Assembly (NCBI GenBank): GCA_000934665.2
Contig: KZ538096.1
Coordinates: forward strand, 179,297-199,296
Length of the DNA stretch: 20,000 bases
Direction: 5' to 3'
DNA from: Catajapyx aquilonaris
Taxonomy: Eukaryota
Every line of letters starts with the position of its first letter. Position 1 is the stretch's first letter. Under the pieces are notes generated by a model. It was not told the DNA's origin, did not search any database, and saw only the letters and a list, made by a program, of their open reading frames with translations. Below are positions 1 to 11,760 of this stretch, piece by piece. A program made the position numbers and the translations under genes.

Positions 1-10
1 CTTTTAGGCG

Positions 11-322
11 ATAGCACAATGGTGTAGTGGTTTAGGTCACAGTCTTCCATCTTCGAATTTTTAGCGAGTTCGATCCTATAGGATAGGTAGATGATGGATT
101 TCTCACGTGAAATAAAATTTTGACAGGTTTTCTTAGTGACGGCGTGGATTTTCTCCGGAGTTCTTTCATTTTTTCCCTCTCTGAAAACCTATCAACACTG
201 AAGTAGAGAATGGTGTTGGAAATTGATAAGAAACTCTCTAAGGTGCCACACACTATAACATGCGGTAGCCTATTCATTAATGTGAATATCTCACGAATTT
301 GTGGATAAATAGAAATTATTAT
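11..322 (+). mobile_element. tRNA-derived SINE with V-domain-like core (diverged copy)
   Basis: Pol III box A TGGTGTAGTGG (20-30) and box B GTTCGATCC (68-76) with tRNA-like spacing. GCGTGGATTTTCTCCGGAGTTCTTTCATTTTTTCCC (142-177) resembles the V-SINE core GCGTGGGTTTCCTCCGGGTGCTCCGGTTTCC and the second copy at 11662-11696. Possible AT-rich tail GATAAATAGAAATTATTAT (304-322). The 3' boundary is inferred and no TSD is seen. Confidence 0.7.
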
Positions 323-451
323 ACTTGGTAGCAGCATATTCGAAAGTGACATGAAGATTAATACTCGCACATCATGGCCATCTGGAAAGGTTTACTGATC
401 TGTATACAATAATAAAAGGCACTATGATCATGCGGCAGCCTGCAGTATATA

Positions 452-835
452 CAGGGTGGACCAACTTCAAGTGTCGTTTTATAACGGCTATGAATAGAAG
501 CAATTTACGATTGACGTAGCAGCGACGTGTAAAATGGCCCACTTCGGCGCCATCGAAAATATTAGCTGCCAATAGCAGCACACATGTAATGCATTACAGG
601 TCCATCTGGTGCCTTGGGCGTCACCCATTTCTCCCAGGCGCATCTCAGGTCATGTGTGCACCTACTTTTTTCCAGGTCAACTCAGCAGCAGGGTTGATTA
701 CACGTGAGCTGCTATTGGCAGCTAATATTTTCGATGGCGCCGAAGTGGGATATTTTACACGTCGCTGCTACGTCATCGCAAAATCACTCCTATTAATCGC
801 CGTTATAAAACGACACTTGAAGTTGGACCACCCTG
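452..835. mobile_element. Tc1/mariner-type MITE with ~139-bp terminal inverted arms
   Basis: TA|CAGGGTGGACCAACTTCAAGTGTCG...CGACACTTGAAGTTGGACCACCCTG|TA. Arms 452-590 and 697-835 are highly similar reverse complements. TA TSD at 450-451 and 836-837. Confidence 0.95.
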
Positions 836-2318
836 TATAGGGCCTACATCATATTATCATAGGCAGGCTGAATAATATTCTGTGATCTTAATTTGCATCT
901 CTGCAAGGCCTATGAAAAAATTTTAAACTGCTACCTATTTATGACGTCATTTAATCTGACTTGAATTATTATTGTTCCCCATCCGAGGTACGTATATATA
1001 CAGGATCTGTATCTCTATTTCCGACAATAGCCTAGCTTTGTTGCGAACTTCAATAAAAATGACCTAACTCATAAAATTGAAGCTATCAGAAGTAACACCG
1101 TCATACAGTACAAGTTGGACCCAGCTTTATGAAACACTCATGAAAAATGTTACATGCATACAAAATTTGAGAGGTCTACCGCCTAAGGACCGATAATCCT
1201 TGCCATTCAATTTGTTGTTGTTTTTTTCAATTTTCCTACGATCATATAAGTTTCTATATGTATTTTCAGACTCAAGTAAGTAAAGTAAAGTACATTTAGG
1301 CAGCCCAAAAATCTATAAGTAATATTCCCTATAAGCCAGCATAGCTACATAATGGCATGCAAAGGCAATTGTGTTATAATTACGGACAACTTCAATGAAT
1401 TACCAGCAAAGGAACTCGTTTATACAAAGTTAACTTTTATGGATAGCACAATTGCATTGCCATTTGGAAGGTCGTCAGTGAAGCATGTCAGCACGAATGC
1501 GTTCAATTAAATGATTGCAACTCCGCAAAACGTGACATGCTCTCGTCACAGAGCATGCACCCTCTTCTCAAGTTTAAAATGCCTCACCTCAGAACCTCCT
1601 AAATCTATTGATTGTTCAAGCAGCACGTGCTGAAATCGATAGGCAAAACAAAATGCCGACTGCCACTCAGTACGAACTCTCAGTCTACCTTTACATTTCA
1701 GATTCTTCTTTTCCAGCACACCTTTCGATAATAAAAAACAGAATTACCTCCTCTTAAAGCCGAAAAAAATGCTGAATCTTCTAGCTAAATATCACCCAAC
1801 AATAAAGCTCGTCATCCATTCCCGGACACAATAATCTCATTAGTGTGGCAGCTCCACCCTTTTCCTGCTTAAACACGATGCCAGCCTCCAAAGTTGTGCA
1901 GTGCATGAGAGAAGAATGAGCAAAGAAGAAGAGGAAAAAGAAGTGAGAAAAAAAGAATGGCGGCGCGCCGAGCGTTGTTAAGCAGCCTCCGGTGCAGTAA
2001 CACAAATCCAAATTACAGAGCACGGTTTGTGGTGGTGATAACTAGGCTTCAGTCTGGGCTGGGAGGCCATACATCATTGCGGCAGACGCCCTTTCAGCCT
2101 GCATAATTGCTTTCCAGTCTTGCGCTAACCGTCATCCAACACTTGGCACTTATTTCCTACAAATCGCTTCAAAAAGCGTGATTTCTTAAACGAGATTTTT
2201 TCCGCCATATTTAGGACACATCCACGTGGTGTTGGGCCTACAAGTGAAATGAGCCAAGCCCAATTTTGGCTGATTTGTGGAATTTGTAACACTAAGTAGT
2301 ATTTTCTATGCTCTATCG

Positions 2319-2796
2319 CAGCGGTTCCTAAAGTGGGTTTCGCGGAAGGATCATCAGGGTTCCGCGAGTCAGTTAACTGCATAAACTTACTGAAGTGGGG
2401 TAAGTGCATACACGGGGCCGCCATATTGGAATGAAAATGGCTGACGACACCAAAACACGTCAGGCACTCTTTTGTGTAGCTGCACATCATATCCCCACAA
2501 GAGGTGAGCATGTCAGCCATTTTCATTCCAATATGGCGGCCAGTTTATGCACTTACCCCGTGTACGCACTTACCCCACTTCACCTTACTACTCTTATTTG
2601 AAACTGCAGTTTGTTTAATTTGAAGTCATCATATTGTGTGATCAACTTAGTAAAAGTTATAACAAGTAAAAACATTACTATAAATTTGTTTTTCATGTTA
2701 ACAATTACTAGTTAAATTTTTATTTGGTGTTGGGGTTCCGCCAAATAATAGTGATTCGTTAAGGGTTCCGCGACTCATAAAGTTTGGGAACCGCTG
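2319..2796. mobile_element. hAT (Charlie-like) MITE
   Basis: TIRs CAGCGGTTCCTAAAG / GTTTGGGAACCGCTG. Perfect 8-bp TSD CTCTATCG at 2311-2318 and 2797-2804. Subterminal GGGTTCCGC(G)-like repeats near both ends. Confidence 0.95.
2390..2585. mobile_element. Palindromic TA-flanked MITE (Tc1/pogo-like) nested in the hAT MITE
   Basis: The left arm TGAAGTGGGGTAAGTGCATACACGGGG-CCGCCATATTGGAATGAAAATGGCTGAC pairs with the right arm GTCAGCCATTTTCATTCCAATATGGCGG...CCCCGTGTACGCACTTACCCCACTTCACCT|TA. The left terminus is slightly degraded. Confidence 0.85.
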
Positions 2797-4461
2797 CTCT
2801 ATCGCATGGTGAAGTCCATTTAGTCCTAATATTTCGTAAAGAGCCAGCAAGCTAAGATTTTCTGTCTTCACACATCTGGACACGTTGGATTTCTCCTGCA
2901 TGTCCACGATATGTTTAAAACCGAACCTAACAGGTCTCAGGTGGGTTGCGGGAGGGTGAGCAAACCCTGTGGCGTTGTGTTCATATAGATAGGCTGCACT
3001 CACACGGTTAGTGAAGGGGGAGGAAGGACAGTAGTTGGGCTATTCATCATCATTTGCGTGCTTAATACCAATATTTCGGTAATCAAGTATTATTAAATTC
3101 GGGATGAATGCGAGGCGGCCTTCCCAATCCATTAATATTAGAGCGGGACATTAAGGCGGAGAAGCAAGTGTCATGTGCGACGTGAGGAAAAGGTTGCTGT
3201 GGGAGGGGGAAAGATGAAGCAACAATTTGCAAGCCGGCATCCCGCCTACTTATTTTGTCATCGTCGCTCGGATACGAAGCGTCATTACCCCGCCATTTTG
3301 GAACTGGCGACAGTTGGAGCATACATCAGCCTTCCACCAAGGTGTCATTTTCACTTTGCCCTACTTTGGCCCACTAATGTACTCCACTTGTGATAATCAA
3401 TCACCTCCTAATTATGTACAACACACTGGATCGGCCAATGCTGCTGTATTGTTGTGGAGTTCTTCCCAGACTAGAGTGGCAGACCTGTAATCAGACTGAT
3501 GCCGCTAGAAGCCGGACCTTAATCCAAACCAGGAGGGTGTAGAGTGACAATGGCTATAAATCAGGAGGGGGTGCGAACAACCCCTGTATCCTACTGTAAG
3601 GCTCCTGGTAGATCACCCTGGGAGGGCCCAACCCCTCTTCCCAAATATGCATGTGTGAGTGCTGTATGGAAGCAGGTAGAAAGTGGCCTCCAAAGCTGCT
3701 ACTTGCCTTCATTAGGCAGTCGCAGGCGGGCCTTTTGAAGAGGACACCCTTTTCGTGACTGCATTAGGGACCCGTTTGTTGCCGCGTCACGCCGCCCGTC
3801 ACTCGCACGGAAGATAGGCCCGTTTGCCTAATTCTCCGTATCTAAGCAAAAGAAGGCCGGCTTTGTGGAAATAGAGAGCATGCCTCGGGTGCTTTTCGCC
3901 AAGGCAAACAAGCCTGGATCTGCAAACAGGGACATCCCTCAATTAATCGTGCCGCCATCTTGTTTCTTAGCCATATTGGCAGACATGTAGCCACCAGGTG
4001 TTGAAAAAAAAAGACGTTGCATGCAAGATGGCGACAATTCTAGCACAAAATATTTCCACAGGCACACCCAGTCAGCTTGGCTGCCTTTCACGCCCCAAGT
4101 TTTGACACTTAATGCACGTTGCTCGGGGAAGAGACACAATGGAGACGGTTCAATTCCACCCCCACGAAATAATAACCCCATTTTAAGTCTCTATTCATTG
4201 CATCTATTCCATTATTGTTCTGAGAAGTAGGGAGGGGGGGGAAAGTTATGGCTATAGCTAGGGGGCTACAAGATTAATGAGCAAAGTTGGAAACATAATG
4301 CGAAAAGCGCAAAAGAGAGAGGTGCGCATGGCGCCAACTTTTCCGCCTTCAAAATACAAAGTGCTGTCTACACTTTTAGGCCAAGTTTGAAGATTTCATC
4401 TTATAAGACTAGCTCCCAGCCTTCCATTCGCTGACAAGCCCCAACAATTAATATGTAGAAG

Positions 4462-4570
4462 AGGGGGGGGGGGGGGCTACACTAACGAATTGATCTTGAG
4501 AAGTATGAGAGAAAGTGTGTTTTTTTATACCTCCCCTAGCAAACTCTTTTCTTCCAACTTTTTTTTTTTT
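4462..4570. repeat. Homopolymer tracts (poly-G near 4462-4476, poly-T near 4559-4570)
   Basis: Directly visible. Confidence 0.9.
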
Positions 4571-7149
4571 GCAGCCAACGAACATTCTCTTCATTCATAG
4601 GCTAATGGTAATGATGATGAGGAAGCACAGCCGCACCTTCAACTTGAAAGCTACTCAAGCAACTTGCATTCGGACTCATTTTTTTTCCATGCCAGATGTA
4701 GTGGTTCAGGTCGGGAACGTAATTACAGGATCTGAGTGCAAAAGTTACCGCGATGCTACTATGATTTACTGTGGAACGGTATGGTACATCTTATGTGAAA
4801 AAAAACAATCGTAGCAATCATTGCACGGTGTAAATTAACACCAGGCTGTTGGCCTTTTTGCAGCTACAGGATGAGGTTATTTCAAGCTGTGTGAATAGGA
4901 ATGATTAATGTTACGAGCGTTGGCAAAATCGTGTCTGTAAATTAATAAATTAATAGTGCTATTGAAACGGATTGAGCGTCCTTTCATATTAGGCGCCAAG
5001 AATCGTCCGGTGTGCACCACTAATTTTTTGTCACATTGTTGATTTCTCTGGAAGGTATTCCTGTTGTCAGCTCAATGCAGAATTGAGGATCCTGGCAGGA
5101 AACGTACAGAACTAGATGTTTAGTAAACATGCAAGCGTTGAATGCTGGGATTAACCAAGTGGACATTGGTGGTGCGAGTCGAGGCCTGCATACAAAGCCA
5201 GCGTGTGACGGAAAGGAGGCGAAATGCAAGCCAAGGGAAGCATAAATCTCTGCTCTCTGATCATTCTTCATTCGCGGTCCACGGAATTGATTCGTCCGAG
5301 TGACAGCACCGAAAGGAAGAAACCTTCTCTAGGGCTCTCCTTTTTCCTTCAACTGTTTCAAACAGACCCAGAAACGTTGCAAGCAGGAGGACGACACCCA
5401 ACACGCTAGGCCTAGCCTCACTTTTTTTCCCTTTTCCAGCTCCTTTCGATCCTGTCCCTTCCGTTTGTTAGATACAAATTTCGAGGGGGTTTGGGGAAAA
5501 ATAACCATCAATTACCGTCGGCCTACGTTATTCCTCCGCTTTCCCTGGGTACAGTTTGACATGAATGCTTGACGGGAAGGCTCACATGTTCCAAGATGGC
5601 TGACCCCTCTCGCTCTCTCTTTCTTCACCTATCCTGCTGCTGTCCCAACCCCTCTTTTCCATTTTCTTTCCCCCCCTCTTCTTTCCTACCGGCTTTCCTT
5701 GGCCAAAAGCGAGCCAACCCAAAGGCAGCAGAATGCGATCCTGATTAATGAATTTCTGTCCGAGTACCCAGATGGGAGACTAAATGTTTGGAAGGGTTGC
5801 AAGGTCTGCTGGTCCGTCGACGAGCACAATGACAGAAGCCCAAGGCCCCGGATGTAGTCCTTTTGGAAACTGGCCACATGGACCACAAGAGTCAAGGTAA
5901 GTACGCAACTTTTTTTTAGAATCACCCCATACTGACTACATGAGTTTTCTATGATTCTGATGTTGTAAGCTCGAAAGAAATAGAGGGCGACAGTTGATGA
6001 GGTGAGTGCAGAATCTCGCTTTCCGCACCTTATCTCCACGATTCCCATCCCCAATTACTGGGTGTGTTGGGGAAGAAGGAGGCAGAGATGGGGAGGGGAT
6101 CCCAAAGCAGCAGCCCCATCTGAAGGAAGGAGGCAGACAAGAGAAACTCGTCGAGCTTTTAGGCCTCCGGTATGAGCTTCACGTTTCCCCATGGGGGTGG
6201 GGGAGGGTGGAAGAGATTGATTTTGTAAGCAGCTCCAGGGTATTAGCCAAGTTTCATCAACAGAGGCTCTTGTTACGCCAGATTCTCCAGGAACTCGCCA
6301 CGACTTGAGCTCAGATATGAGAGAGCTCTTAGGAATCGTAGTTTCAGATTGGCCATCGGGGCCATACCCTCCCCACCGCCTCCCCAGATGGCGACCTCTC
6401 TTGCTATGTGCATCGCGACTTTGGAAGACGTGCTCTCATAACCTCGTAGCAGATCAGCTCCACTTACCTTATCGCGTTATTAGTGCACGCTTCCAACTTG
6501 CGTTCAAGCCCATCTACACACATTTACATTGCCTTCCTTACCATCACTTTTGCATTATTCATCACGACTAAGCGACCAACTCTGCAGAATTTCAAATCTA
6601 CTCTATCACTCAATTATACATTCGCATTAACAACCAGGTATTTTTTTTCCTTCGGAACCTAGACTGGTGAAATGAATTTTCTACCCTCCCAATACCTGCA
6701 AGATGAAGACATTAGAAAATGGCGAGCATGTGCTTCCTTCCCTCCTTTACAAACCGCTCCCCCAACTACACTGCCGCTAATGAAATTAGTTGCTAAGACT
6801 GCGGCTTTGGCGGAATCATGGTGCTGCATACGTATTACCGCTTGCTGCTGGGAAAGGCTTGCAAGGCACCCAGTAAAATCCTCCCATCGCTATTTTACTC
6901 GTGGGAAATATTAGGCCTAAGTTTCTTTTGAAAGTTTGCATATCGGTAATAGTTTTATAACTGATATTGGCACTTCACACCAGCCCAAAAGAGAGAGAAA
7001 TAAGTTCTGATATTTTCATGTATGATAATACAGTTAGCTGTGATATCGTAAAAGCATATTAATGCTTGAGATTTGCTCTCATTAGATACGATATAGCTCA
7101 TTATTTTTCTGTAGTTATGAAACTATATGCTCGTACAGAGTCACCTTAC

Positions 7150-7253
7150 CTGCTGAGACGAGGAAACTTGGAACTTCAATCGACAGGTGAAGCCACATCA
7201 GTGCGGCAGGGTGAATTGCGAAGCAATTGATCACGACAGAAATTGAATAGAGG
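7150..7253 (-). other. Candidate spliced exon (104 nt)
   Basis: Minus-strand acceptor ATTTCTTTTTCAG|CC and donor CAG|GTAAGG. One frame is open (LYSISVVINCFAIHPAALMWLHLSIEVPSFLVSA). No homology recognised. Confidence 0.3.
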
Positions 7254-8740
7254 CTGAAAAAGAAATATCGTGTTATGTTGTAATAGTATGTGACAACAAC
7301 AAAATTCATTACTACATTTTCACTCGAAACGTCGCGTCGCAGGGACTTACATTTGCGATGTTTTGATAATGTTTTCAAAGTGATTTATCCTCCTGAGACC
7401 TGAGAAGAATTTTTAACGCAATGTCAGTTCCTATTGCATTTTCTGAACATTTTCCCAATAAGAAAAGAGAAAAAAATTTGGTTTTTAAATATCGACAAAA
7501 ATAGTGACAAACAACCAATGAGAACATTAGGACCCAATTGCTGCTACAAAAGCAGAACGGATGAAAGCTGAAAATTGAAATACCACTTAATGGATCACTA
7601 ACATAGTGATCTATCCTCAAAACAATGTTTTTAACGTTCATTTGTGGAATTCGTGGTAGCAAATCCTCTCAGAAGACAATTCAAGATAAAGGAAATTATT
7701 TTTGAACGCCACCACTCCAGACATGGGGCTTGCTCCTTCCCTTCTTACCTGCTAGAGTGGTACCTCGCTACTCTAGATTTTAAAAATGAACTGCATAATG
7801 CAAAGCACGCTTCCTTATGGGTGTATAGGTATACAGGCACTTAAAGAAAAGTCACAGCCCATTCAGCTAAAAATGCCATTTTTCGGATGTCCATTTAAAT
7901 GGACATTTGGTCTCAGGAAGAAAACTAGAAAATTGCCAGTTCTCTACAGCAACAAAGATTGTCACAGACTCATCTTTTCGTATTTCCTAATACACATTCC
8001 TTGCGAATCCCAGGACATTCACTGCATTGCGAAAATCGCACTCTAAATATGAGTAAAAAAATAAAACTTATCAGATGAGCGCCTAGCTTCAGCAGCGGAA
8101 TCCGCCATTTTCATAAGTGATTCAATTTTCGCGGCCAAAGTCAGATATTCAACACTAGGTGGTGGTTACACCTATTGAGGCCTGATTGTAATCATGGGAT
8201 ACCAACAGATTACAGTTCTGTTGGCATCACTAGTTGGCGCCAAAAAAAAATCTTTTGCGACATATGTCGACACCAGGTCTAAGGAGGATATTAGAAAAGA
8301 ACAAAACGAAAAAAACCATTGCTTTTCACCTTCGTTGAAGAAATATTACACTGGACATGAAAATTTGACATTCGATGTTTTGGCAAATCATTTAAAAAAT
8401 GGAATCTTGAAATTCAGAACCATCAAAGTCACCTAAGAACCATTTCAATATAGCCTACTGTATTGCTGCCATTTCATATTTGCAGAATGGATCCGCATCC
8501 ATAATGGGATTCCTTATTGTTTATAGCATTTTTAACTATACAGTATAGAAGATCGTGAAAGCGCCAATGGAAATCTTATTTGACTATAGATCTCACTATG
8601 CCCTACGCCCCTACTCAATATATGTAGACTAAAATGGGACTCGGGCCATTTTGAATTTCAACTTCAAAATCAAAACTCTCGATTCATATGGGATAGGAAT
8701 GATCATTCAAAGAATTGTGTTGAATACACTATATCTTTCA

Positions 8741-8867
8741 GGCCCGTTTTCTCGAACAGTGGTTCAAATGTAAACCCGGTTCAAAGCCGGTTTAATCCCA
8801 GTTCAGAGGTAATTAAACCAGCCTTGAACCGGGTTTACAATTGAACCACTGCTCGAGAAAACGGGCC
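8741..8867. mobile_element. PIF/Harbinger-type MITE (127-bp near-perfect hairpin)
   Basis: GGCCCGTTTTCTCGAACAGTGGTTCAAATGTAAACCCGGTTCAA...TTGAACCGGGTTTACAATTGAACCACTGCTCGAGAAAACGGGCC. 3-bp TSD TCA at 8738-8740 and 8868-8870. GGCC ends with a 3-bp TNA TSD fit Harbinger. Confidence 0.92.
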
Positions 8868-10407
8868 TCAGTGTAAATTACAACTATATACTGTTGTAAC
8901 GGACTATTATCCTATATGTACTAACACAAATGTGCACAAAATTAACAACGCTTTCGAAAAGTCGTCGAATAATTTGGCAGCACTGTACTAGGTATACTGT
9001 AACAAAAAAACACATTTCGCAACCGGCCATGTGCACATTGAATTACTTGTCTACACTTGTGACTACTTTCGATGGTGCCTGGAAATGATGGCATTCGTAT
9101 AGCCTACGTGTCGTATTTCCTCTTATCTATAGAAATTAGTTTTTATTATTTATCTATGTTATTATGAGTCATTTTTATCACCCTAATTTTAAATATGATG
9201 AATAGTCGATGATACACGAGCTTTATTGCCGAATGTATCCATTACATGAACAAGTGCCATTACCTATTATCAGTCATTATAAAGTTCCCTACCGTTATTT
9301 AAACGAAAAACTTGATTACTCTAGTCCCACAATAAGGCACAAAAAAGTTCCAACCAAGCCCAGTAACCTCTAGCGGCAGAAGACTGCCTGCGGTGCGAAT
9401 TAGTGCAAATCAGGAAAAGTTGGAAGTGAAGTGACGACACCGTCTAATTACGTTCGCCTAGCTACATCGACCCTCTTTTAATCATAGCGTCATTCAATGT
9501 AGACCAGACTTAATTAACCCTCCTAATACAGACCTTGCTGTATTTACCTTATCCTAACAGGTCTAACTGCAATGCTGTAAAGCTCCTGCAATATTTACAC
9601 AAAAAAATGGCCGCCAGCAGCTAGAGAAGGCGGATGTCCACCCACATAGACCTACTTCGTGAGTTTCTCCACTGAGATCACCAATACTTTGAGGAAAAAA
9701 AATTAAAGAAAGATCCTCAGGAATCTGTGGGTGGGCTTCTCAGTCGGCATCTTTTTTGGGGTGGCTCTCAAGTTTTTTACCCCGTGGTCTTCTACTTGTT
9801 GGCGGTAGCTCTGAGGCAGGGTGGGTTGCACACATGCCAGGAGGTTTCGTCTTGTCTTTGTCTTTTTTTCTTGTTCGATTTTTTTACGGCCACTTTGGGA
9901 GGGGCAGCGGACTTGCCTACATTAAGACTCACGTCTCACGTCACTCATGGGGGGGTACCGGCATCATGTTAAATGTCAGTGTCATAGCAACCCCTCTTGC
10001 TGGGCAGGAACCGACAACCCTCACTTGATAGTGGTACTGTCAATACGTTATCTTATCAGGCTTGGAAAGTATTAGAATAATGGCAAAGCTTGTCCAGTTG
10101 GAGGAAAAAAAATTTAGTTTGGCATTAATTCAAATTGCTATCCATTTTGATTAGATCAGTGTACATTTGGTGACACTCCTGCTGCAGTATGTACTGTACA
10201 TCGTGGGCATACTAAAGAAACCAATCAGGTCCCCCCAAAAAAACAGTTTAAATATAATCCAAATCAAATCCTAATTTACATGCAAGTGAGTACAAAAAAT
10301 CCTGGCTTGCTGGCTCATTTTATAGCAGAAAATAGCAGCAAATATGTTACTTAACAGTGAATAACATACTAAACACCGCCAAAATTGGACAGTGTATGCC
10401 CAAAATA

Positions 10408-10593
10408 CAGGGTGTTCCAAGTTGGTGGGGCCGTTTATAATAGTTATTGTTATATGAAATTTCGCCCGATCCAGGTGCCCTATTCTATAGCCACTGCTAC
10501 ATTCGACCCGGGGCACAATAGCCTACACAAAAATAACTACTTTGGACGATATTAGTGATAACAAAAAACGACCAACGAACTTGGAACACCCGG
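10408..10593. mobile_element. Tc1/mariner-type MITE with short TIRs
   Basis: TA|CAGGGTGTTCCAAGTT...AACTTGGAACACCCGG|TA (15/16 inverted match). Same CAGGGTG terminal motif as 452-835. Confidence 0.85.
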
Positions 10594-11457
10594 TATATGC
10601 ACCATCCAGAATTTTGACGAAAATGCATCAGAAAGCAGTCAACGACCTCCAGAATAAAGTTAGCCCCAATTTATCACAAACTACAAAAGTCTAATAGTAC
10701 AACAAGTGCAAGATCGGAGAGTGTTTGACACGTATCGTACAGAAAGTGCATTGTCTTGTTCCGTCGACAATGTTGAACGAATTCATCTTGCTCCTCCGCC
10801 CTGATTGATTGTAGGGGCCGGAGCAGCTACTGTAGCTGCTATGTAGCTATATAGTTTCCTGCAACATGGACGGCTCTGCCTGGCTGGCTGGCATCATGCC
10901 GATAGAACCCACCAACTAGGAAGCTGCAGCAGCAGTTGGGGAGAGGAGGGGAAAACGAAAAGGAGGCAAAAGGGAGAAGGGAGTGGGAGTAGGGGGGGAT
11001 GGAGGGGAGAAAAAAGGCAACTAAAGTGACCTGTCCATCACATTCGCCTACCACTGTCACAAGTCCCAAATTGATTTTTCCACGCGAAATTTAGCTGGGC
11101 AGCCAAGGCAGTAAAACAGAGTGCACAACCAGACCAGGTTTCAGTTTCACATTTTTAGGCGCACGAAACGTACTGATACTGCATGTGGTTTACGATTTGA
11201 TTCATGGCAGTATGATCATCATATATGAAATCGACTCATAAATGCAATGTGCATATGGATCAACCATTCCCACAGCATGACTCATTGTAACACCATCTCT
11301 CTCCTTTAACAATGTTGCAATTTTATAATACTGTGATACAACGTATGATTATTTTGCCGAAATATTAACATAGCTTGATTCGAGTCCTGCAACAAAATTC
11401 TAGGAATAGTTTTAGAACAGGTAAGGATAGCTATCGCTTGATGCCAAGACTGTAAGA

Positions 11458-11505
11458 ATATAAGAAAAAGTCTTTATTGTCGCCAACAAAACCCAATATT
11501 TTTGC
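11458..11505 (-). repeat. Dispersed repeat, probable retroelement 3' end (copy 1)
   Basis: Minus strand reads GCAAAAATATTGGGTTTTGTTGGCGACAATAAAGACTTTTTCTTATAT, which matches 12637-12684 with one mismatch and contains AATAAA. Confidence 0.8.
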
Positions 11506-11580
11506 AGTGTCCAGCAGGACTGTGTCCCTGGAATGGAAAAACAAACTTGCAGTCGTCAAGTAGCCGAATCCATGTTTCCA

Positions 11581-11760
11581 CAGTTGGGTGATTTGGAGCG
11601 CCAAAGCAACTGTTACCTGGCATAGGTGAGGAAGAGGGAGGAAGAAAGATTTTTGCAATATGGAAGGAAACGGGAGAACCCCGAGAAAACCCACGCGAAC
11701 ACAGAAATAATCTCTCGCGAAAGAATTATTATCTGTCCGACCCGGGGATCGAACGCGGGA
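11581..11760 (-). mobile_element. 5'-truncated tRNA-derived SINE with V-domain-like core
   Basis: Minus strand: box B GTTCGATCC (plus 11746-11754), then GCGTGGGTTTTCTCGGGGTTCTCCCGTTTCCTTCC (plus 11662-11696). Bounded by the 11-bp direct repeat CCATGTTTCCA (11570-11580, 11761-11771). Box A is absent. Confidence 0.8.

Noticed and set aside
11..85. tRNA gene
   Set aside because: Boxes A and B are present, but there is no convincing acceptor stem or cloverleaf and the sequence continues into a SINE core.
32..370. 112-aa minus ORF with loose GPCR TM6/TM7 appearance as a stand-alone CDS
   Set aside because: It overlaps a SINE in antisense (box A, box B, core), lacks true CWxP and NPxxY motifs, and its hydrophobicity is expected from the antisense of A-rich DNA. 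Kept only as a low-probability hypothesis.
372..840. Two ORFs sharing LLLAANIFDGAEVG, resembling paralogues
   Set aside because: They are mirror translations of the two arms of one MITE.
2130..2930. Possible third, outer element around the hAT MITE related to 17522-17720
   Set aside because: The short shared words (AAGCCCAATTTT, GTCTTCAC, TCTGGACA) are not collinear, and no termini or TSD were found.
2125..3003. ORFs 2125-2526, 2404-2601 and 2698-3003
   Set aside because: They run across MITE boundaries and show no transposase motifs.
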